From positions 38,347 through 102,346 of the forward strand of contig JAYVUK010000001.1 in assembly GCA_043787975.1 (NCBI GenBank): DNA of 64,000 bases, written 5' to 3'. The stretch's first letter is position 1. Every line of letters begins with the position of its first letter. The stretch comes from Bacteroidota bacterium. GTDB taxonomy: Bacteria; Bacteroidota; Bacteroidia; AKYH767-A; 2013-40CM-41-45. The notes below the pieces were generated by a model. It was not told where the DNA came from. It did not search any database and saw only the letters and a list, made by a program, of their open reading frames with translations. Of this stretch, positions 1 through 9,483 are shown one piece after another. Made by a program: the position numbers and the translations under genes.

Positions 1-1
1 A

Positions 2-2527
2 AGTATCCGCGATTTTTATCCTGCCGTTGAATCTCTTCCTGCTTCTGCGAATGGTTTCCAGGTATATGCTGAAAGTTTGGGTAATTTAAACCGGGAGCAA
101 CAGGATGAACTCGTAAATAAAATCGGTAGCAGAATTGAATTACATCAACTGAAAGAGAAAATTGATTTTGCTTTCCTATGTCTTCATGGAACCAATGGAG
201 AAGACGGACGCATGCAAGGCTTGCTTGAATATTTAGAGATTCCATATTCAGGATCGGGAATACTTTCTTCTGCAATTGGTATGAACAAAGCCATTCAGAA
301 AAAGTTAATGGCAGATGCAGGATTTTCCGGTCCGCCATTTTTTACGATGAATCGACACGAATGGAAAGCAACAAAAAATGTTTCCGTTATTTTTCAAAAA
401 GTAAAGGACGAAATTGGGTTTCCATGTGTTGTAAAAGCTGCGAATCAAGGTTCGTCTATCGGTGTTACAATTGTTGCGGACAGTGAGGTGAAACTGAGTG
501 AAGCGATCGACAAAAATTTTTTTATTCAGCGATTGTATAAAAAGGATTGGGACAAAAAGAGTGTTGAACAGAAGATTGTATTCGTTCGAACGCTGACTGA
601 CATCCGGGAAGGAATCGGAATTCCGATGGTTGTTTCGACAGCATCTGTGAAAAAGATAACCTATCATCCGGAAGAATTGCTCGCTTTCCTGAATGCACTT
701 TTTTCTTCCGAAGAAGAAGTGATGCTTGAAAGCTGCGATACTGAAAGCGAAATTATCATCGAAGGATTTATTACAGGGAAAGAATTTTCTTGTATTGTCA
801 TTCGCAATGAGCAAGGTGAGACCGTTGCCTTGCCGCCAACTGAAATCAGGAAGGGAAAGGAATTGTTTGATTACCGCTCAAAATATTTACCCGGACTGTC
901 ACGCAAGATTACTCCGATCAACCTTCCTCACGATTCGATCCGGACTATTCGCAAAGAGTGCGAACGATTATTCTTATCTCTTCGGTTCAATGTATATGCG
1001 CGCATTGATGGTTTCATCACAGAGGAAGGAACAGTTTTTCTGAATGATCCGAATACCACTTCGGGCATGATGCCATCTTCTTTTTTCTTTCACCAGGCAG
1101 CTGAGATCGGTTTAAATCCTTCGCAGTTTCTCACCTATATCATTCGCACTTCTTTGTATGAGCGCATTGCTGATTTGAAAAATGTAACATCACTTCCGAA
1201 TATGCTGTCGCAACTAGATCAGCAAATTTTATCACTGCGAAAAGAAGGAAGAAAGAAAATAAAAGTAGCGGTAATACTTGGCGGCTATTCTTCAGAGCGC
1301 CATATTTCCGTAGAGAGCGGACGGAATATTTATGAGAAGCTTTCGTCTTCTGATAAGTATGAACCAATTCCGGTTTTCCTTATCGGGAACGAAAACGAGC
1401 ATTCGCTTTTTCAGATTCCTGTAAATCTTTTATTGAAAGATAATGCAGATGACATCAAAGAAAAAATTCAGCATTATTCTGTGCATGAAGTCGTACAGGA
1501 AATCATGGATCAGTGTGAAGACATCACCATCAAATATTCTTCGTCTCAAAATGTTCTTCAACCACATCCGTTAACGTATCCCCAGTTAGCGGAAGCGGTG
1601 GATGAAGTGTTCATCGCGCTGCACGGTCGCCCGGGCGAGGACGGAGAGATACAACGACAGCTGGAGCAGGTTGGTTTGCCTTACAACGGATCCGGAGTTT
1701 CATGCTCGCAACTCACCATCAATAAATATGAAACCAATGAAGTGTTGAAGAAGAACGGATTCCTTGTAGCTCATCATGGATTGGTTTCTTCCGAAGATTG
1801 GAAACATGACAAAGATGGTTTTGTAAAGAATATTATCAGCTGGTTTTCGTTTCCATTTATTGCAAAGCCGGTCGATGACGGTTGCAGTTCAGCCGTGAAA
1901 AAAATAAAAAATGAAAAAGAGTTGAGTGCCTTCGCTGAATTAATTTTCAGGAATGATGAGGAGTTATCGCCAAATGAAGCGTCTGTTCTCAATCTGAAAC
2001 TGAAAGAAGAGTTTCCAAGAAAACGTCAGTTCCTCGTTGAAGAGCTGATTGAGAAGAAAGATGCAAAACATTTTCTTGAAATAACCGGAGGAATGTTGAC
2101 GACACTGAATTCAAAGGGAGAACGCGAATACCAAATCTTCGAAGCATCAGAAGCGTTGTCGGAAGGTGACGTTCTTTCTTTGGAAGAAAAATTTTTAGCG
2201 GGCGAAGGTCAGAACATCACACCGGCACGTTATGCAAAAGACAAAATTCAGCGGGATAAAATTTCAGAAAAAGTAAAAGAAGAATTTCTTCGTGCTTCCA
2301 AAGTGTTGAACATTGAAGGATATGCGCGTATCGATGCCTTTGTCCGGATTTATGATGAGAGAAGGGTGGAAGTGATTTTCATCGAAGTGAATTCACTACC
2401 GGGAATGACTCCTGCGACATGCATCTTCCACCAGGCGGCGATGGCTGGTTACAAGCCGTACGATTTTATCGACGGAATTCTTGAATACGGGAAGCAACGG
2501 AACAAGGCATTGGAAAAAATTAACTGA
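2..2527 (+). CDS. ddl: D-alanine--D-alanine ligase-like protein with two tandem ATP-grasp Ddl modules (5'-truncated by window edge)
   Basis: Frame is open from nt 2, upstream of the listed TTG at 77. Module 1: LHGTNGEDG, IPYSGSG, GSSIG, FDYRSKY, ARIDGF, NDPNT. Module 2: VILGGYSSERHIS, LHGRPGEDG, LPYNGSG, ARIDAF, EVNSLPGMT. Confidence 0.88.
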   Translation, partial: SIRDFYPAVESLPASANGFQVYAESLGNLNREQQDELVNKIGSRIELHQLKEKIDFAFLCLHGTNGEDGRMQGLLEYLEIPYSGSGILSSAIGMNKAIQKKLMADAGFSGPPFFTMNRHEWKATKNVSVIFQKVKDEIGFPCVVKAANQGSSIGVTIVADSEVKLSEAIDKNFFIQRLYKKDWDKKSVEQKIVFVRTLTDIREGIGIPMVVSTASVKKITYHPEELLAFLNALFSSEEEVMLESCDTESEIIIEGFITGKEFSCIVIRNEQGETVALPPTEIRKGKELFDYRSKYLPGLSRKITPINLPHDSIRTIRKECERLFLSLRFNVYARIDGFITEEGTVFLNDPNTTSGMMPSSFFFHQAAEIGLNPSQFLTYIIRTSLYERIADLKNVTSLPNMLSQLDQQILSLRKEGRKKIKVAVILGGYSSERHISVESGRNIYEKLSSSDKYEPIPVFLIGNENEHSLFQIPVNLLLKDNADDIKEKIQHYSVHEVVQEIMDQCEDITIKYSSSQNVLQPHPLTYPQLAEAVDEVFIALHGRPGEDGEIQRQLEQVGLPYNGSGVSCSQLTINKYETNEVLKKNGFLVAHHGLVSSEDWKHDKDGFVKNIISWFSFPFIAKPVDDGCSSAVKKIKNEKELSAFAELIFRNDEELSPNEASVLNLKLKEEFPRKRQFLVEELIEKKDAKHFLEITGGMLTTLNSKGEREYQIFEASEALSEGDVLSLEEKFLAGEGQNITPARYAKDKIQRDKISEKVKEEFLRASKVLNIEGYARIDAFVRIYDERRVEVIFIEVNSLPGMTPATCIFHQAAMAGYKPYDFIDGILEYGKQRNKALEKIN

Positions 2528-2533
2528 TCGTTT

Positions 2534-3295
2534 ATGTGGAGTCGTGTAAAAGAATTTTTTACAAGTAAAGTGTTTCTCATCAACCTTGTTTTGGTACTGG
2601 TGTTTGTGGCGGCTGTTTTTGGAATCACGTATAAATATCTGGACAGCTATACGCATCATGGCGAAAGTATTTCTGTGCCGGATCTTCGCGGATTGAAAAA
2701 GGAGCGTCTCGAATCTTTTGTAAACGATAAGCACCTTCGGTATGCAATTGTAGATTCTCTGTTTGAACTGGACAAAGTTCCGGGAACGGTGGTTGACCAG
2801 GATCCTGCACCCGATTCGAAAGTGAAAGAAGGTCGTACGATTTACCTTACAGTTAATGCAAGCCTTCCACCAAAAGTAAAAATGCCGGACCTCGTAGATG
2901 TATCTTACAGGCAGGCGGAAGCCATTCTTCAAACGTTCGGGTTGAAAGTTGGCAGTCTTATTTATAAACCCGACCTTGCCAAGAATGCCGTGCTGGGACA
3001 GCGTTACAGAGGTTCTGAAATACATTCCGGAACCGAAATTCCGAAAGGTTCTGTCATTGATTTAGTGCTGGGTGACGGACTCGGGAATACGCGTGTACCT
3101 GTTCCTGAGTTAATAGGTCTTACAAAAGGCGAAGCGATGTTTGTGTTGAAAGGGTCGTCACTCAACATCGGTTCATTGTATTATGAGCATGGTGTAAAGG
3201 ATTCAAGCAATGCAAAAGTGTATAAGCAATCTCCTCAACCTTCTGACAGTGCGACCATCAACCAAGGCGAAGCTGTAGATTTGTATCTGCATTAA
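2534..3295 (+). CDS. PASTA domain-containing membrane protein (3 PASTA repeats)
   Basis: N-terminal TM helix, then VPDLRG / MPDLVD / VPELIG repeat starts and QDPAP/QSPQP motifs; directly follows ddl. Confidence 0.88.
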   Translation: MWSRVKEFFTSKVFLINLVLVLVFVAAVFGITYKYLDSYTHHGESISVPDLRGLKKERLESFVNDKHLRYAIVDSLFELDKVPGTVVDQDPAPDSKVKEGRTIYLTVNASLPPKVKMPDLVDVSYRQAEAILQTFGLKVGSLIYKPDLAKNAVLGQRYRGSEIHSGTEIPKGSVIDLVLGDGLGNTRVPVPELIGLTKGEAMFVLKGSSLNIGSLYYEHGVKDSSNAKVYKQSPQPSDSATINQGEAVDLYLH

Positions 3296-3308
3296 AAAAA
3301 TAATTGTT

Positions 3309-5228
3309 ATGATTCGTAAAGTAGTATTTAAACTGTTTTTTATTTTTTCTCTCACATGCATTGGTCAGGCAAATGCACAGGAAGTTTTATTTCCGCTTAC
3401 TGAGAATCCTGTAATTAAACAATACTTAAAAACACATGTTATTTCTGATGATGCTGCTTATCGGGTTCAATCGGTCACAGATACAATTACACTTCCTTTC
3501 AGAGAAGATTTTTCCGGACGTGGAATATATCCTGTTGACACCAATTGGATAGATAGCTCAGCGTTTATTAATTCAACATTTTGTTTTATGCCGGTTACAA
3601 TTGGTGTTGCAACCCTGGATGGAATAAATAAATATGGGAATCCTTATGATCCTTTATCAGGAGCATCCGATACTGCTGATTTTTTAACTTCTAAATACAT
3701 CAAGTTTTCTTCTCCAACATACGATCCTTTGAATCCTTTAGATACTACTATTTGGTTTAGTTTCTATTATCAGCCACAAGGATTGGGTGACGAACCCGAA
3801 ACAGAAGATTCGCTGACGCTACAATTTAAAAATTCGCATGGCGTCTGGAATGAAGTGTGGAGTACTCCGGGACATGCAAACATGGCTTTTCAGCGAGTGA
3901 ACATTCATCTAACGGATTCCAGTTATTTGTATGACGGTTTTCAATTCAGGTTTATGAATTATGCAACTCAAAATGGTAACCGTGATCACTGGAACATTGA
4001 TTATGTTTATCTTGATAATGATAGAAGCAACAATGATTCCTTAAACGAAATCACATTTGTCAATCCTATTAAATCCTATCTGAATGAATTTACTGCAATG
4101 CCATATTCGCATTATAAGTATACGGTTGCTCAAGGAAACAATCCTATTAGAAGTGTAATTTCTGATACTATTCGTTGCTTTAGAATTCCAGGTCTCCAAA
4201 CAGGAATTACTGCAAGGCATACCATTACTGATGAAAATGGAAATGTGGTTCTCCCGGTTGTTACATTTTCTTCTCCGCTGTCTCCTATAGCAGGTCAACA
4301 AAATTCATTCATTGGCATTTCCGATCCTTTACCAAGTGCTGTATTTACTCCAACTTTAAGTTCTGAATTTGCGGACTTTTTTATAAAGCATTTTTTCACT
4401 GCAACATTTGCTGGTTTAAAAACCAATGATGAATCCAATTTCATACAACATTTCCAAAACTACTATGCTTATGATGACGGCACTGCTGAAACTGCTTATG
4501 GAATTCCTGAAGCAGGAGCAAAAATTGCGTATCGCTTTAATGTGAAAATGCAGGATACATTGATCGGAGTTCAGATCTATTTTAACCAGGTTGGCCAGGT
4601 CGTGCACAACAATTTATTCCAGCTTTGCTATTGGAGTGATATCAATGTGACTGCGAATACAGACAATCTTGTTTATAATATGACCGATAATCATCCGGCT
4701 AATATTGACAGCATCAACGGTTTTGCAACATATGTTTTTGATACACCACAAATCGTAAATGCAAACACCAACATTTGGGTCGGCTGGATTCAGAATGATG
4801 CTACTCAACTTGGAATCGGAGTGGATAAAAATACCATTGCGACAAGTAATATGTTTACCAAGTTCACAAGTGGCGGCATACTTAAATGGCGACAGTCGAT
4901 CATACAAGGATCGTGGATGATGCGGCCGATATTTAAGAGTTCACTCAATGTAGGAATCAACGAACAGGAAGCTTCAGCTTTCTTCTTTAATGTATATCCG
5001 AATCCTGCATCAACAGAAGCATTCATTGATATTCGTGTGGAGAATAAACAGCGTTATGAATATGATCTTTTCAATAACCTTGGAGAAAATGTTTTGCACG
5101 GAAATGCTGCTTCTGAAAAAATAAATATTTCGCATCCGCCTTTGGCGGATGGTTTTTATTTTGTCAGGCTTACTGATAAGAATACAGAAGAATCAGTAAC
5201 GAAGAAACTGGTTATTCAGCATTACTGA
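3309..5228 (+). CDS. Secreted protein with T9SS type A C-terminal sorting domain
   Basis: Signal peptide (..ANA|Q); C-terminus VYPNPAS...GFYFVRL...KKLVIQH. Confidence 0.85.
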   Translation: MIRKVVFKLFFIFSLTCIGQANAQEVLFPLTENPVIKQYLKTHVISDDAAYRVQSVTDTITLPFREDFSGRGIYPVDTNWIDSSAFINSTFCFMPVTIGVATLDGINKYGNPYDPLSGASDTADFLTSKYIKFSSPTYDPLNPLDTTIWFSFYYQPQGLGDEPETEDSLTLQFKNSHGVWNEVWSTPGHANMAFQRVNIHLTDSSYLYDGFQFRFMNYATQNGNRDHWNIDYVYLDNDRSNNDSLNEITFVNPIKSYLNEFTAMPYSHYKYTVAQGNNPIRSVISDTIRCFRIPGLQTGITARHTITDENGNVVLPVVTFSSPLSPIAGQQNSFIGISDPLPSAVFTPTLSSEFADFFIKHFFTATFAGLKTNDESNFIQHFQNYYAYDDGTAETAYGIPEAGAKIAYRFNVKMQDTLIGVQIYFNQVGQVVHNNLFQLCYWSDINVTANTDNLVYNMTDNHPANIDSINGFATYVFDTPQIVNANTNIWVGWIQNDATQLGIGVDKNTIATSNMFTKFTSGGILKWRQSIIQGSWMMRPIFKSSLNVGINEQEASAFFFNVYPNPASTEAFIDIRVENKQRYEYDLFNNLGENVLHGNAASEKINISHPPLADGFYFVRLTDKNTEESVTKKLVIQHY

Positions 5229-5339
5229 TTCAACCACTCGTTATGTCTGGATGTGTGAATGATGTAAGTTATATCTAAAATTGTGTAAAGATTAACCAGG
5301 CAACGAAGCAGACTTTTACGTAATCGTAAATCCAACTGG

Positions 5340-5367
5340 AACGGGTTGCAAAGTGCAACCTGTTTTT
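5340..5367 (+). terminator. Terminator-like hairpin with U-tract just upstream of mlaE
   Basis: AACGGGTTGCA-AAG-TGCAACCTGTT stem (one G-U pair) ending in a T run. Confidence 0.5.
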
Positions 5368-5386
5368 GCTTTAATACACTACATGG

Positions 5387-6181
5387 ATGAGTCAACCACG
5401 GACTGCAAGATATTTTTTTTCAAAGGGAATTGATGCGTACTTTGCGCGTGTTTATAAGGCGTATAAGTTTACTGCGCGTTTTTTTAAGGAAGCATTCAGG
5501 TTACCATTTCACATACGGGAAGTAATTAATCAGTGCTTTGAAGTTGGTTTAAAGTCCTTGTTGTTAATTACGGTAACAGGTTTTATTATCGGAATTGTAT
5601 TTACAAAACAATCGCGTCCTTCGCTTGAGGATTTTGGTGCGACATCGTGGTTGCCATCGTTGGTGGGGATTGCGATCGTAAAAGCATTGGGCCCTTTGGT
5701 TACTGCCCTTATTTGTGCCGGTAAAGTGGGTTCGAGCATTGGTGCCGAACTTGGTTCAATGAAGGTAACGGAGCAGATAGACGCCATGGAAGTCTCTGCA
5801 ATCAACCCGTTTAAATATTTAGTGGTGACGCGAGTACTTGCTACGTCCATTACCATTCCCATCCTTTCTTTCTATTGTAGTTCGGTGGCACTTTACGGTG
5901 CGTATGTAAATGTACATGCTGAAGAAGCGACCAGCATCATCAGTTTTTATCAAAGCGCTTTTAGCACCATTACCTTTCTGGACATATTTACTGCCGTAGC
6001 AAAGTCAATTGTCTTTGGTTTTACCATTGGCATGGTGGGTTGTTACAAAGGGTTTCATGCTTCCCAGGGTACGCGCGGGGTTGGCAGGGCAGCAAATAAA
6101 GCAGTAGTGCTTTCCATGTTTCTTATATTTATTGAGGAAATTGTAATTGTACAAGTCTCAAACTGGATTCGAAATTTTTAA
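5387..6181 (+). CDS. mlaE: MlaE family ABC transporter permease
   Basis: LGPLVTALICAGKVGSSIGAELGSMKVTEQIDAMEV signature; GVGRAANKAVV. Confidence 0.92.
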   Translation: MSQPRTARYFFSKGIDAYFARVYKAYKFTARFFKEAFRLPFHIREVINQCFEVGLKSLLLITVTGFIIGIVFTKQSRPSLEDFGATSWLPSLVGIAIVKALGPLVTALICAGKVGSSIGAELGSMKVTEQIDAMEVSAINPFKYLVVTRVLATSITIPILSFYCSSVALYGAYVNVHAEEATSIISFYQSAFSTITFLDIFTAVAKSIVFGFTIGMVGCYKGFHASQGTRGVGRAANKAVVLSMFLIFIEEIVIVQVSNWIRNF

Positions 6182-6184
6182 ATC

Positions 6185-6961
6185 ATGGAGAATCAGAAAC
6201 CACATGTTATAAACAAAGATGAATCTGTAATTTCCATCAGAGGACTCTATAAATCGTTTGATGAACTGCATGTGTTAAAGGGAATTGACTTTACTGTTTT
6301 TAAAGGGGAGAATGTAGCCGTGCTGGGAAAATCAGGTACGGGTAAATCTGTACTCATAAAAATTATTGTGGGACTGCTTGCCCCGGACCAGGGTGAAGTT
6401 ATTGTATTGGGAAAGCAGGTGAATAAACTGGATGGAAAAGAATTGGATGCGCTGCGGTTGCGTATCGGGTTTTCATTTCAGAACAGTGCCTTGTACGACA
6501 GCATGAATGTGTATCAAAATCTTTCATTTCCACTAACGATGAATGTAAAACATCTTTCTAAAAAGGAAATAGATGCCGCGGTAATCGAAGCACTGGAAGC
6601 AGTGGGCCTGAGAGATAAGATAAAGCAAATGCCGTCTGATCTTTCAGGAGGCCAGCGAAAAAGAATCGGCATTGCACGAACATTAATTCTTAAACCCGAA
6701 ATCATGTTGTATGATGAACCGACATCAGGCTTAGATCCTATAACAAGTGCCGAAATTAATGAGCTTATCAATGAAGTCCAGCAACAGTATAATACCAGTT
6801 CTGTCATCATCACACATGACCTTACCTGTGCAAAGGCTACCGGTAACCGGACAGCCATGTTACTGGACGGAAAATTTTCAAGGGTGGGTAAATTTGAAGA
6901 CGTGTTTGAGAGTGAAGATGCGGAGATAAAAAAATTTTTCAATTATAATTTTATACAATAA
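6185..6961 (+). CDS. mlaF: MlaF family ABC transporter ATP-binding protein
   Basis: Walker A GKSGTGKS, LSGGQRKR signature, Walker B MLYDEPTSGLDP; lies between mlaE and an MCE gene. Confidence 0.92.
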   Translation: MENQKPHVINKDESVISIRGLYKSFDELHVLKGIDFTVFKGENVAVLGKSGTGKSVLIKIIVGLLAPDQGEVIVLGKQVNKLDGKELDALRLRIGFSFQNSALYDSMNVYQNLSFPLTMNVKHLSKKEIDAAVIEALEAVGLRDKIKQMPSDLSGGQRKRIGIARTLILKPEIMLYDEPTSGLDPITSAEINELINEVQQQYNTSSVIITHDLTCAKATGNRTAMLLDGKFSRVGKFEDVFESEDAEIKKFFNYNFIQ

Positions 6962-6964
6962 GCT

Positions 6965-7939
6965 ATGAATGAGACATCAAATAAACGTCCAGTGATTGTC
7001 GGTCTTTTTGTTTTGTTAGGACTGGTTTTCCTGATCATCGGAATCCTGATGGTTGGTAACTTACATGAAACCTTTAAACAAAAAATGAGTGTGGTTTCTG
7101 TTTTTGATGATGTGAGCGGATTGCAATCGGGAAACAATGTAAGCTTCTCCGGAGTAAAAATAGGGACTGTAAGTGAACTGCGTTTTTTCGGAATCTCTCA
7201 GGTGGAAGTGAAAATGAAAATTGAAACAAAAGCCAGGCAGTTTATTCGCAGGGATGCGAAAGTGAAGATCGGTTCAGACGGAATTATCGGGAATAAGATG
7301 CTTGTTATTTACGGAGGTACTGAAGGCGCAGGTGAGGTGCAGGAAGGTGATACATTGATCGTTGAAAAAACTTTTACTTCGGAAGACATGATCAATACCT
7401 TGCAGGAAAATAATAAAAATTTTCTTGCGATCACCACAGATTTTAAAATCATCAGCAGGAAGATGGCAGAGGGAGAAGGGACGATCGGAAAAATGTTGAC
7501 CGATAATTCCCTGTATGCAAATATGAATTCGGCAACAGCCTCACTTAAAAGCGCATCAGCAACAGCTCAACAATTGGTAAACTCCCTCGCTGATTTTAGT
7601 GCCGGCTTGAATAAGAAAGGCACCCTTGCAAATGAACTGGTTACTGATACAACGGTTTTTAATTCGTTGAGAAGTTCTGTTTTGCAGTTACAACGGATGG
7701 CTGATACCGCAACGTTGTTTATCACGAACCTGAAAGAGGCAACAGGTAATGCGAATACACCCATTGGTGTTTTGCTTCATGATGAGAAAGCTGGTGGACA
7801 ATTAAAGGAAAGCATTAAGAATCTGGAAAGCAGTTCTAAAAAATTGGATGACGACCTGGAAGCCGCACAACATAATTTTTTGCTGAAAGGTTTTTTTAAG
7901 AAGAAGGCGAAAGCCGGGAAGAGTTCTCCTGAACAATAG
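6965..7939 (+). CDS. mlaD: MlaD/MCE family substrate-binding protein
   Basis: N-terminal TM, FDDVSGLQSGNNVSFSGVKIGTV MCE motif, helical C-terminal region. Confidence 0.9.
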   Translation: MNETSNKRPVIVGLFVLLGLVFLIIGILMVGNLHETFKQKMSVVSVFDDVSGLQSGNNVSFSGVKIGTVSELRFFGISQVEVKMKIETKARQFIRRDAKVKIGSDGIIGNKMLVIYGGTEGAGEVQEGDTLIVEKTFTSEDMINTLQENNKNFLAITTDFKIISRKMAEGEGTIGKMLTDNSLYANMNSATASLKSASATAQQLVNSLADFSAGLNKKGTLANELVTDTTVFNSLRSSVLQLQRMADTATLFITNLKEATGNANTPIGVLLHDEKAGGQLKESIKNLESSSKKLDDDLEAAQHNFLLKGFFKKKAKAGKSSPEQ

Positions 7940-7967
7940 AATATGGCAGGTGAGAAATGAAGTATGC

Positions 7968-8123
7968 GTAGTGTATCAGTTTGAAAGAAGATTCCTCGCT
8001 TTGCTCGGAACGACACTTATGAGAGTGACGATAGGCGGGCTTAAGCCCGCCTCGCAGCTTTAATTTGGATTGTCATTCCGAACGAAGCGAGGAATCTAAA
8101 TATAATTCAAACTGAGACACTAC
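7968..8123. mobile_element. Non-autonomous nested palindromic element (MITE/REPIN-like)
   Basis: 18-bp terminal IR GTAGTGTATCAGTTTGAA / TTCAAACTGAGACACTAC (1 mismatch); inner 27-bp IR 7989-8015 / 8071-8097 (3 mismatches); central perfect 20-bp palindrome 8033-8052. Confidence 0.7.
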
Positions 8124-8161
8124 CGAAGTACTCAACAAATCGCTTCTCCGAATTTGATTGA

Positions 8162-8169
8162 TACCTTTG
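8162..8169 (+). promoter_or_regulatory. Bacteroidota housekeeping promoter -7 element (TACCTTTG)
   Basis: Matches TAnnTTTG; ends 24 nt before ATG 8194. Confidence 0.6.
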
Positions 8170-8193
8170 CACTTTAATCCCGAATCTTATTTT

Positions 8194-9255
8194 ATGATGG
8201 AACCCACTCAATCATCCATGTCATCGGAAGAACTAGAAATAAACGATCAGGAAGAACTCTACGAGCATTATCGCATCGTGATTGAGAAAGGTCAGATGAT
8301 GCAGCGTATCGATAAATACCTGCACAATCATTTGCCGGCAACATCGCGTAACCGGATTCAGAATGCCATCGAAGCCGAGAACATTCTTGTAAACGGAAAA
8401 CCGGTAAAATCAAACTACAGGGTAAAACCGCTGGATGTCATCCAAGTTGTATTGCCGCATCCTGTGCGCGAGTTTGAATTAATTCCTCAGGACATTCCGA
8501 TCAATCTTGTTTACGAAGATGAGGATGTCGCCATCGTTAACAAACCTGCCGGCATTGTTGTTCATCCTGCGTATGGAAATTACGATGGTACACTGATGAA
8601 TGCATTGGCGTATCATTTTAAAAATCTTCCGCAAAGCGGCAACCGGATGGAGCGCCCGGGTTTGGTGCATCGCATAGATAAAAATACTTCGGGGTTGCTC
8701 GTGATTGCAAAAACAGATTTAGCAATGAATCTCCTCGCGAAAGAATTTTTTGACCGGACAATCGATCGCAAATACATTGCGTTGGTGTGGGGAGATTTCA
8801 AAGAAGAACAAGGAACAGTCACCGGAAACATCGGTCGCAATTTAAAGAACCGGAAAGTGATGGATGTTTTTCCGGAAGGCGATCACGGCAAACATGCAGT
8901 GACACATTATAAAGTGATTGAACGATTTGGATATATAACCCTGATCGAATGTAAGCTTGAAACGGGACGAACACACCAGATTCGTGTTCACATGAAACAT
9001 ATTAACCATCCTCTTTTTAAGGACTTTGAATATGGTGGTGACCGGATTTTAAAAGGAACAACATTTACCAAATACAAACAGTTCGTCGAAAATTGTTTTG
9101 ATATGTTTCCCGGGCAAGCGCTACATGCAGCTTCGCTTGGGTTTATTCATCCAACCACAAAGAAGAAAGTTTATTTTGAAGCAGAACTTCCTGACAATTT
9201 CAAAGCGGTGTTGGAAAAGTGGAGAAACTATGTGAAGTACCAGAAGGAAAATTAG
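8194..9255 (+). CDS. rluD: RluA/RluD family 23S rRNA pseudouridine synthase
   Basis: S4 domain (RIDKYL..SRNRIQ), NKPAGIVVHP, VHRIDKNTSGLL catalytic Asp, LETGRTHQIRVH. Start moved to ATG 8194, after the -7 element. Confidence 0.93.
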   Translation: MMEPTQSSMSSEELEINDQEELYEHYRIVIEKGQMMQRIDKYLHNHLPATSRNRIQNAIEAENILVNGKPVKSNYRVKPLDVIQVVLPHPVREFELIPQDIPINLVYEDEDVAIVNKPAGIVVHPAYGNYDGTLMNALAYHFKNLPQSGNRMERPGLVHRIDKNTSGLLVIAKTDLAMNLLAKEFFDRTIDRKYIALVWGDFKEEQGTVTGNIGRNLKNRKVMDVFPEGDHGKHAVTHYKVIERFGYITLIECKLETGRTHQIRVHMKHINHPLFKDFEYGGDRILKGTTFTKYKQFVENCFDMFPGQALHAASLGFIHPTTKKKVYFEAELPDNFKAVLEKWRNYVKYQKEN

Positions 9256-9483
9256 GATACTTCTCAGTATGAATGAAACCAATAACTCGTATACGAGACC
9301 ATTCCTTTTATTATTATTCATTTTAGAATCCAGCGATCATTCCGTTTCTTGCTTCAAAGTTTAGTGTGTTTGTTGAGAAACGAATTCGGAAATGTGATAA
9401 ATATTCATGCGTTTAACAATTATTTAATCTACGTTTACCAGTGTAGAAAAGAGATTTTAGCGCCTTTCAAAAATTAATGAAGT

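Noticed and set aside
305-3025. Antisense and alternate-frame ORFs (e.g. 305-814, 2396-3025), and similar ones throughout the window such as 45762-46310
   Set aside because: They shadow well-supported genes and show no recognisable motifs.
9286-9297. 12-bp palindrome CTCGTATACGAG downstream of rluD
   Set aside because: Single short palindrome with no second copy or supporting context; could be chance.
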